A DNA stretch of 64,000 bases. Origin: an uncultured Chloroflexia bacterium (GTDB lineage: Bacteria > Chloroflexota > Limnocylindria > Limnocylindrales > CSP1-4). The notes below the pieces were generated by a model that did no database searches, was not told where the DNA came from, and saw only the letters and a list, made by a program, of their open reading frames with translations. The position numbers and the translations under genes were made by a program. Each line of letters begins with the position of its first letter. Position 1 is the stretch's first letter. Positions 17,876 through 25,283 of the stretch are shown piece after piece. Location of the stretch: NCBI GenBank assembly GCA_963752475.1, contig CAVVYR010000007.1, forward strand, positions 288,001 to 352,000, read 5' to 3'.

Positions 17876-19003
17876 ATGAGCTTGCCGCCGACCGCCATCG
17901 CGGTCCTCCTCGGTGGGCCCTCCGCCGAGCACGATGTCTCGCTCGTTTCGGGACGAGCCATCGCGGGCGCGCTCAGCGGTGCCGGACATGACGTCACCGG
18001 CTGGCTCCTGACGCTCGACGGCGTCTGGTGGCGGCTGCCGCCCGAGGCCCTCGATCCGACGTTGCCCCTCGATGCCTTCCGCGCACCGGCCCGGCTCGGA
18101 GCGGACGGTCCTTACGCTGCCTCGGCGGCGCTCGAGGCCATCGCCGGTGCCGACCCCACGCCGGTCGTGTTCCCCGCGCTGCACGGTCCGTTCGGTGAGG
18201 ACGGCCAGGTCCAGGCGCTGCTCGAGTCGGCTGACCTCACCTATTGCGGCGCCGGTCCCGCGGCTTCAGCGGTGGGTATGGACAAGACGCTCTTCAAGCG
18301 CGTCGTGGGCACGCTCGAGCTGCCGGTCCTGCCCTGGGCGGAGGTCCGCGCCGCGGAATATCGCGCCGACCCCGATAGCGTCATCGACGGCCTGCGGCGG
18401 TTCGCGGCTGGCTTCGCCGATCCGCGCCTCATCGTCAAGCCGGCTCGGCTCGGGTCGAGCATCGGGATCACCATCGTCCATGAGGTCGGCGGGTCCGATC
18501 TGGCCTCGGCCATCGAGACGGCCCTGCGCTACGACGACCTGCTGCTCGTCGAGCCATACCTCGACCACCCGCGCGAGCTCGAGACCGCGGTCATGGGCAA
18601 CAGCCGCATCGATGCCGTGGCCTACGGCCCCGGCGAGGTCCGGCCCGGCAACGAGTTCTACGACTACGAGGCCAAGTACCACTCGGCCGAGAGCGAGGTC
18701 ACCGCGTCCGCCGATCTCGACCCGGAGCTGGTCGAGTCCATCCGCAGCGCGTCCGTGGAGGTCTTCCTGGTCATCGGTGGGACCGGCTTCGCACGCGTGG
18801 ATATGCTCCTGAGCACCGATGGCATCCCCTACATCAGCGAGATCAACACGTTGCCCGGCTTCACGCCCATCAGCCTCTTCCCGCGCATGACCGCGCTCGG
18901 CGGCCATGACTTCGCGAGCACCTGTGAGCGCATCGTGGAGCTGGCCCTCGAGCGTGCTGCCGACCGCCCCAGCCACGAACTGACGCCAGACGAGCTGCCG
19001 TGA
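17876..19003 (+). CDS. ddl: D-alanine--D-alanine ligase
   Basis: GGPSAEHDVSLVSG, LHGPFGEDG, MDK, VKPARLGSSIG, FYDYEAKY, EINTLPGFT. Confidence 0.96.
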   Translation: MSLPPTAIAVLLGGPSAEHDVSLVSGRAIAGALSGAGHDVTGWLLTLDGVWWRLPPEALDPTLPLDAFRAPARLGADGPYAASAALEAIAGADPTPVVFPALHGPFGEDGQVQALLESADLTYCGAGPAASAVGMDKTLFKRVVGTLELPVLPWAEVRAAEYRADPDSVIDGLRRFAAGFADPRLIVKPARLGSSIGITIVHEVGGSDLASAIETALRYDDLLLVEPYLDHPRELETAVMGNSRIDAVAYGPGEVRPGNEFYDYEAKYHSAESEVTASADLDPELVESIRSASVEVFLVIGGTGFARVDMLLSTDGIPYISEINTLPGFTPISLFPRMTALGGHDFASTCERIVELALERAADRPSHELTPDELP

Positions 19004-19962
19004 CCTACGCCCGCCCGGATCGCGCCGGCGCCATCGCGCCTCGGGATGCGGAACCTCCGCGGCGGCGACACACGGCCTTCGCGCGCCTGGTCGGCGCCAT
19101 CGGGCTGGTGCTGCTGACCTCGCTGCTCTTCTGGATGCTCACCGACGACGCCTTCAGCGTGACCGAGGACAGCGTCCGGTTCGAGGGCCTTGCGCACGCC
19201 GAGGAAGCCGCGGTGCGTGAGCTGCTTTCCGATCTCGAGCGCGGCCCCAACGCCTTCCGGGTTCGGACCTCGGAGATCGTCAGCGAGCTCTCGACGCTGA
19301 CCGAAGTGGACGCCGCCTCCGCGCGGGTCACGCTGCCGGCCGAGGTCACCGTCGAGCTCGACGAGCGCGACCCCGTGTTCATCTGGAGCAACGGCGCGCT
19401 CTCCTGGCTGGTGGACGAGGAGGGCATGCTCTTCGCACCTGCCGACGAGGCCACGGCCACGGCCGTGCGCGACGCCGTCGACGGCGGTTCGCCCGCCACG
19501 CCGGCTCCAGTCGAGGAGACGGCCGCCGACGGGGGCGCCGCTGCCGATGGGGCGGCCGACGACGAGGTCGGGCTCGACCCGACGCTGGCGGCACGTGCTG
19601 CCCTGCCGGTCGTCGAGGATGGCCGCATGCCGCCGGAGCCTCCGACGGTGGGGACGTACCTGCCACCCTCCGACCTGGCCGTGATGCGACAGCTGCTGGC
19701 GGTGACGCCGGAGCTGCTGGGCAGCCTCTCCAAGGACCTGCACCTGCGCGTCGACGAGGCCGGTGGCTACGTGCTCGAGAGCCAGGATCGCAGCTGGCGC
19801 GCGCTCTTCGGCTACTACACGCCCACGCTGCAGCCGCCGGAGGTCATCCCTCGACAGGTGCAGTGCCTGCAGTGGTTGCTCGCGAACGAGGAACGCAAGC
19901 TCGAGACCGTCCGGCTGGCGCTGTCGGAGGAGACTTGCGGGACCTTCACGAAGTACGGGTGA
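19000..19962 (+). CDS. ftsQ: Cell division protein FtsQ/DivIB (POTRA domain)
   Basis: Between ddl and ftsA; TM plus POTRA-like VDAASARVTLPAEVTVELDERDP and LVDEEG. Confidence 0.8.
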   Translation: MTYARPDRAGAIAPRDAEPPRRRHTAFARLVGAIGLVLLTSLLFWMLTDDAFSVTEDSVRFEGLAHAEEAAVRELLSDLERGPNAFRVRTSEIVSELSTLTEVDAASARVTLPAEVTVELDERDPVFIWSNGALSWLVDEEGMLFAPADEATATAVRDAVDGGSPATPAPVEETAADGGAAADGAADDEVGLDPTLAARAALPVVEDGRMPPEPPTVGTYLPPSDLAVMRQLLAVTPELLGSLSKDLHLRVDEAGGYVLESQDRSWRALFGYYTPTLQPPEVIPRQVQCLQWLLANEERKLETVRLALSEETCGTFTKYG

Positions 19963-20087
19963 GATAGTCGGACGAGCGCCGCGCCGGGTCCTGCGCGACC
20001 GCGCCGCATCGCCCACAATGTAGGAGCCGTGGTGCGTCGACGCACCGGGCCAGAGGGCAGGCCCAAGAGGTCGAGGAAGGGAAACAC

Positions 20088-21323
20088 TTGGAGTACGAAG
20101 CGATCCTGGTGGCGCTTGACGTCGGGACGAGCAAGGTCGTCGTGCTCGTCGGCGAAGTCACCAACGATGGCGCGCTGGACATCATCGGCAAGGGCGCCAT
20201 GCCCACGACCGGAGTCAAGAAGGGGCTCGTCAACAACATCGACCAGACGGTCAGCTCCATCCACGGCGCCATCGAGCAGGCGGAACGTCTCTCCGGCCTG
20301 CGTCTCGAAGCCGCCTTCGTCGGCGTCGGTGGCGACCACCTCGAATCGCTCAACTCCCGCGGCACGGTCGCGGTCAGCGGCGCCCATCGCGAGATCACGC
20401 GCGAGGACATCGAGCGCGCCACGGAGGTCGCCCGCGCGGTGACCATCCCCTCGAACCGCGAGGTGCTCCACGTCCTGCCCCGCGACTTCACCGTCGACGG
20501 CCAGGAGGGTGTCAAGGATCCGGAGGGCATGAGTGCCATCCGCCTCGAGGTCACGACCCATATCGTCCACGGTGGCGCGACGGCCCTGCAGAACCTGACC
20601 AAGTGCGTCCGCCAGGCCGGCGTCCGGCCCGATGAGCTGGTGGTCTCCGCCATCGCCTCCGGTGAGGCTGTCCTGACCGAGACCGAGCGAGAGCTGGGTG
20701 TCGCCGTGGCCGACATCGGTGCCGGCACCACCGACCTTGCGCTCTATGCCGAGGGCTCGCCCTTCCACACCTCGGTCATCCCGCTCGGCGGCGTCAACGT
20801 CACCAACGACATCGCCATCGGGCTGCGCACGAACCTCACTGCGGCCGAGGAGCTGAAGATGCAGTTCGGCTCCGAGGACGCCAAGGGTGCAGCCGATGAC
20901 GCCGAGGCGCCCGTCGAGATCATCGACGACGGCGTGGCTCGCCCCGCCCGCAAGTCCGACGTGACCGAGATCATCGACGCCCGCATGCGCGAGCTCTACG
21001 AGAAGATCGGCGACGAGGTGAACGAGAATGCCAGCGCCCACCGGCTGCCGGCCGGCTTGGTACTCACCGGCGGTGCCGCGCAGTTGGCCAACGCCGCCGA
21101 GCTGGCACGCGATGTACTCGACATCCCCGTGCGCGTGGCCTCGCCGGAGGGCGTGGGGGGATTGACCGACCACCTGCTCTCGCCGCAGTACGCCACCGCC
21201 ATCGGCCTGCTCGAGTGGGCCGCCCACGTCGTCACCACCGAGGACCTGCAGCGCTACGAGCCGCCACCGCGGACCCAGAGCTGGGACAAGCTGCGCGAGG
21301 CCGTTCGTCGCTTCTTCCCCTAG
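20088..21323 (+). CDS. ftsA: Cell division protein FtsA
   Basis: ALDVGTSKV, GVKKG, DIGAGTTD, GGVNVTNDIA, AEELK, VLTGG, YATAIGL; TTG start after GAGGAAGG. Confidence 0.96.
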   Translation: MEYEAILVALDVGTSKVVVLVGEVTNDGALDIIGKGAMPTTGVKKGLVNNIDQTVSSIHGAIEQAERLSGLRLEAAFVGVGGDHLESLNSRGTVAVSGAHREITREDIERATEVARAVTIPSNREVLHVLPRDFTVDGQEGVKDPEGMSAIRLEVTTHIVHGGATALQNLTKCVRQAGVRPDELVVSAIASGEAVLTETERELGVAVADIGAGTTDLALYAEGSPFHTSVIPLGGVNVTNDIAIGLRTNLTAAEELKMQFGSEDAKGAADDAEAPVEIIDDGVARPARKSDVTEIIDARMRELYEKIGDEVNENASAHRLPAGLVLTGGAAQLANAAELARDVLDIPVRVASPEGVGGLTDHLLSPQYATAIGLLEWAAHVVTTEDLQRYEPPPRTQSWDKLREAVRRFFP

Positions 21324-21614
21324 GTGTCCGACTCCACGGCGGTCGCCCGTGCCGCGCCGTGCTGGTCCGCTATGTGTGGGGTAGGCACGCTAAGGATGGT
21401 GAGGTGCCGCGAGGGGTGGCCGTTGACAGAATGCGACACATAGCCGCGCTCGGCGGACGCTTACGCACGATTCAGGCCATGGCCGCACTATCCCTCAGTC
21501 GAGCAGCGACGATATACTCGCCCGCAGACCAGGTGCTCTGATGAGCCACCCTGACCGTGCGGGTGGCCAACGGGCTGCAGATGCCTGGTGCGCGATCTTT
21601 GGAGGGTTCAGTAC

Positions 21615-22829
21615 ATGCCGTTGCGTTCAGACTCAGAGAACTTCGCCCTGATCAGGGTCATCGGAGTCGGCGGTGGTGGCAGCAACGCCGTCAACCGCAT
21701 GATCCGAGCCGAGCTGATGGGCGTCGAGTTCATCGCTGTCAATACCGACGCCCAGGCCCTGCTGCAGTCGGACGCCCCCAACAAGATCCGTATCGGCGAC
21801 AAGATCACCCGTGGCCTCGGCGCCGGCGGTGACCCCTCCATCGGCCAGCGCGCCGCTGAGGAAGACTCCGAGAAGATCGCCGACGCCCTTCGTGACTCCG
21901 ACATGGTCTTCATCACCGCCGGCATGGGTGGTGGGACCGGTTCGGGTGCCGCACCCGTCATCGCTGAGATCGCGCGCGATATGGGTTCCCTCACCATCGG
22001 CGTCGTGACCAAGCCCTTCGCGTGGGAGGGCGCGCGCCGCCGTCTCAACGCCGAGAAGTCGGCCGAGCTGCTGCGGGACAAGGTCGACACCCTCATCACC
22101 ATCCCCAACGATCGCCTCAAGGAAGTCGTCACCGAGGAGACGTCGATCGTCGACGCCTTCCGCGTGGTGGACGACGTCCTGCGCCAGGGTGTGCAAGGCA
22201 TCAGCGACCTCATCACCGTGCCCGGCCTCATCAACCTCGACTTCGCCGATGTGCGCGCGGTCATGCGCTCGGCCGGCTCGGCCCTCATGGGCATCGGCCG
22301 CGCCAGCGGTACGGACCGTGCCGCCGAGGCCGCCCGCGAGGCCATCAGCAGCCCGCTGCTCGAGGTCAGCATCAGCGGCGCCCAGGGCATCCTCTTCAAC
22401 GTGACCGGCGGTCCCAGCCTCGGCCTCTTCGAGGTCGACGAAGCAGCCGAGATCATCAAGGAGATGGCGGACCCGGAGGCCAACATCATCTTCGGCACCG
22501 TCATCGACGAGCGCATGGGCGACGATCTCCAGATCACCGTCATCGCCACCGGCTTCGACCACAACCGCGCCAATGCCTATCCGGGCCTCGAGGCGCAGGT
22601 GGACGAGGGTGCCGGCGTGCAGGCGGGTCTCGAGAACCGCGATTTCATGCAGGAGCTCGCGCGCCAGCGCACTGCCGCCGGCGACCAGGCCAGGACCGAG
22701 GGCGAGACCGAGGCCAAGCAGGCCGTGGCCGTCCCGGTGTCGAGCGGCGAGCCCGTCGCCGCCGGCGAGAAGACCGCTGCCAAGGAGGAGGATCTCGACA
22801 TCCCGGCGTTCCTGCGCCGCAGCCGCTGA
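21615..22829 (+). CDS. ftsZ: Cell division protein FtsZ
   Basis: [35 protein letters not shown]-terminal LDIPAFLRR; GGAGG RBS. Confidence 0.98.
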   Translation: MPLRSDSENFALIRVIGVGGGGSNAVNRMIRAELMGVEFIAVNTDAQALLQSDAPNKIRIGDKITRGLGAGGDPSIGQRAAEEDSEKIADALRDSDMVFITAGMGGGTGSGAAPVIAEIARDMGSLTIGVVTKPFAWEGARRRLNAEKSAELLRDKVDTLITIPNDRLKEVVTEETSIVDAFRVVDDVLRQGVQGISDLITVPGLINLDFADVRAVMRSAGSALMGIGRASGTDRAAEAAREAISSPLLEVSISGAQGILFNVTGGPSLGLFEVDEAAEIIKEMADPEANIIFGTVIDERMGDDLQITVIATGFDHNRANAYPGLEAQVDEGAGVQAGLENRDFMQELARQRTAAGDQARTEGETEAKQAVAVPVSSGEPVAAGEKTAAKEEDLDIPAFLRRSR

Positions 22830-22883
22830 TCCACGCCCACGAACACTGAAGCCGGCCCGCTCGACGAGGGGGCCATCTCCGAG

Positions 22884-23576
22884 TTGGCCGCTGCCCGCGC
22901 CGAGGTACTCGAGCGCATGGCGGCGGCCTGCGTGCGTTCCGGGCGCTCGCCCGACGCCGCCGTCCTGGTAGCGATCTCCAAGACCTGGCCGGTCGAGCGG
23001 CTGCGGTTGATCCAGGCGGCCGGGCACGACGTGCTGGGCGAGAACCGGGTGCAGGAGGCGGCCGGCAAGATCCCGGAGCTGGGCCCGGCGACTTGGCACC
23101 TGGTGGGACACCTGCAGAAGAACAAGGCGGCCAAGGCGGTCGAACTCTTCGACGTCATCGAATCGGTCGACTCGGTCGCGCTGGCCGCTCGGCTGGACCG
23201 GCTGGTGGGGGAGCGTGGTTCGCGCTCGGGCGGTCCGCTGCCCATCCTGCTGCAGGTCAACGTCGATGCTGACCCGGCCAAGGCCGGCTTCGAGCCCGAG
23301 CCGCTGGAGCGGGAGCTCGAAGACGTCCTGGTGCTATCGAACGTGCGCGTCGATGGGCTCATGACCGTCGGCTTCCACACCGGGGGCGGGGATGTGGCGC
23401 GGCCGACCTTCGTCCGACTCCGCGAGCTGTCCGAGCGTCTGCGCGCAGCCGATGAGCGGCTCGGCCCCGAGCTCTCGATGGGCATGACCGACGACTACGA
23501 GGTCGCGATCGAGGAAGGCAGTACGCTGGTACGCGTGGGTCGGGCGCTCTTCGGGGAGCGACCCAAGCCCGTCTAG
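22884..23576 (+). CDS. yggS: YggS/YlmE family PLP homeostasis protein
   Basis: LVAISKT, LGENRVQE, WHLVGHLQKNK, LQVN, GLMT, LSMGMTDDYEVAIEEGSTLVRVG. Confidence 0.93.
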   Translation: MAAARAEVLERMAAACVRSGRSPDAAVLVAISKTWPVERLRLIQAAGHDVLGENRVQEAAGKIPELGPATWHLVGHLQKNKAAKAVELFDVIESVDSVALAARLDRLVGERGSRSGGPLPILLQVNVDADPAKAGFEPEPLERELEDVLVLSNVRVDGLMTVGFHTGGGDVARPTFVRLRELSERLRAADERLGPELSMGMTDDYEVAIEEGSTLVRVGRALFGERPKPV

Positions 23577-23597
23577 TCCGAGGGGAACCCGAATCGA

Positions 23598-23849
23598 GTG
23601 GAAGACTTCCTACGCATCCTGCTGCAGTCGCTCGTCACCACCGCCTGGGTGGTCATGCTGGGACGTGTCCTGATGAGCTGGATCGACCCGCAATTCGAGA
23701 AGCCGCTGGGCCAGTTCCTGTACAGCCTCACCGAGCCGTTCCTGGCGCCGATCCGCAACATCCTGCCGCAAACAGGCATGTTCGACTTCAGCCCGCTGGT
23801 GCTGCTGATCGGTCTGGGCATGCTGATGCGGGTGACCTGGTACCTGTGA
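23598..23849 (+). CDS. yggT: YggT/YlmG family membrane protein
   Basis: RVLMSWI, LTEPFLAPIRNILP, FDFSPL. Confidence 0.92.
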   Translation: MEDFLRILLQSLVTTAWVVMLGRVLMSWIDPQFEKPLGQFLYSLTEPFLAPIRNILPQTGMFDFSPLVLLIGLGMLMRVTWYL

Positions 23850-24130
23850 GCGCCGTGATCGCGGTGCGCGTGGCGCCGCGGTCGAGCCGCGAAGCCATCG
23901 AGGGAGTCGATGACGCTGGCGAGTTGCGCGTGCGCGTGACCGCGCCACCGGCCGACGGTGCCGCCAACGCCGCGGTCATCAAGCTGATGGCCAAGGAGCT
24001 GCGCCTGCCCAGGAGCGCGGTGAGCGTGGCCTCCGGCAGCACGAGCCGACACAAGCGCCTGCGGATCGAAGGCGTGGACGCGGCCGAGCTGCGGGCGCGT
24101 TGGCCGGGCGTGAGCTTCAAGGAGCGCTAG
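23846..24130 (+). CDS. yggU: DUF167/YggU family protein
   Basis: VRVAPRS, VTAPPADGAANAA, SGSTSRHK. Confidence 0.9.
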   Translation: MSAVIAVRVAPRSSREAIEGVDDAGELRVRVTAPPADGAANAAVIKLMAKELRLPRSAVSVASGSTSRHKRLRIEGVDAAELRARWPGVSFKER

Positions 24131-24146
24131 AAGCACATCAGTCGCC

Positions 24147-24400
24147 GATCGGACGCCGTCAGTCGACCGTTCTGTGGATCCTCGTTCCAGGCTGTGCTTC
24201 GCGACCAGCGGCTATCCCCTGATGGCTGAACCCGACGTGCTCGATGGCCAAGTTGCCGCATCTCAGCCTCCGGCAGGCTCGGATCGACAGTCCGAGTCCC
24301 CATCGGGCTGATGGCGCGCACCCAGGGCCCCAGGCTGGTCGAGTTCAGCCCGCCAGGGATGATCGAGTCACGGAGCAGCCCAACCTGACAGCGCCAGATC
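24147..24400. repeat. Long imperfect inverted repeat (rod-like hairpin, ~254 nt); candidate structured RNA or MITE
   Basis: Arms 24147-24162/24385-24400, 24190-24205/24367-24380, 24214-24236/24338-24360, apical CTCGGA 24278/TCCGAG 24291. Confidence 0.7.
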
Positions 24401-24446
24401 GCTTGCAGGCGCATCGTCGCCGTCGGGCTATACTCTTCACTCCCAC

Positions 24447-24523
<77 letters not shown>

Positions 24524-24525
24524 CC

Positions 24526-24571
24526 GTGACCCAAGAACGAAGGCGGAGTCGATGACGGCTCCGCTTTCGTG
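24526..24571 (+). terminator. tRNA-Val intrinsic terminator; left copy of a 46-nt direct repeat
   Basis: GGCGGAGTCG-ATGA-CGGCTCCGCT-TTCGT hairpin; near-identical copy at 40877-40922. Confidence 0.75.
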
Positions 24572-24722
24572 TTGCGGGCGTATGGGCGGCCACCGACGCC
24601 ACCATCGACAGCACCTGACAGCGGAATCGGAAAAGACTCCTCGACTCAACCCCTCGTGCACATAGAGGTCGGTGCCGCGTGCTTCACTAGCACGGACGCA
24701 GGCCGGACGGAACGGGAGGGGT

Positions 24723-25283
24723 ATGGATCCGGAGGTCGTGGTGCGAGCGCAACACGGGGACGAGGCCGCATTCGAGTCGATCACCGTCGCCGCCTACCCG
24801 CGGCTCTATCGCATCGCCCACGGCATCCTGCGCGAGCATGGTGCCGCCGATGATGCCGCCCAGACCGCGCTCGTCGATATCTGGCGCCGGCTCCCGCGCC
24901 TGCGTGACCCCGAGAGGTTCGACGGCTGGTCCTACCGGCTGCTCGTGCGCATCTGCTACGCCGAGGTCAAGCGCCGGCCGAAATGGCTGCCCGACGAAGC
25001 CATCACGCGCTCGAACGAGCCTCGCGCCGCCGATCCTTTCGGCGCCGTGCTCGACCAGGACCAACTGGAGCGAGCGTTCGGCGCCCTGAGCGTGGACCAT
25101 CGCGCGGTCATCGTCCTGCGCTACCTGCTGGACCTGCCCCTCGAGCAGGTGGCCCAGGCGCTCGACATCCCGGTCGGCACGGTCGGCTCGCGGCTCCATC
25201 GTGCGCTCGAGGTCCTGCGCGCGAGCGTCGAGGCCGGCGACCGCACTGAGCCCTTGCACGCCGAGTCGGAGGGACGCTCATGA
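24723..25283 (+). CDS. ECF-type RNA polymerase sigma factor
   Basis: Region 2 DDAAQTALVDIWRRLPRLRDPERFDGW; region 4 LSVDHRAVIVLRY...VAQALDIPVGTVGSRLHRA; GGAGG RBS. Confidence 0.93.
   Translation: MDPEVVVRAQHGDEAAFESITVAAYPRLYRIAHGILREHGAADDAAQTALVDIWRRLPRLRDPERFDGWSYRLLVRICYAEVKRRPKWLPDEAITRSNEPRAADPFGAVLDQDQLERAFGALSVDHRAVIVLRYLLDLPLEQVAQALDIPVGTVGSRLHRALEVLRASVEAGDRTEPLHAESEGRS

Noticed and set aside
21423-21428. TTGACA -35 element upstream of ftsZ
   Set aside because: No -10 at 16-18 bp; the nearest good -10 (TATACT ~21513) is too far away.
24147-24400. Definite 6S RNA call
   Set aside because: The shape is suggestive, but it is longer than typical and I cannot recognise 6S sequence motifs; reported only as a candidate structure.
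24623-24666. ECF autoregulatory promoter shared with the region before 41015
   Set aside because: Only weak similarity (ACT..CC...CTCG.G.ACAT); not supportable without alignment of orthologues.
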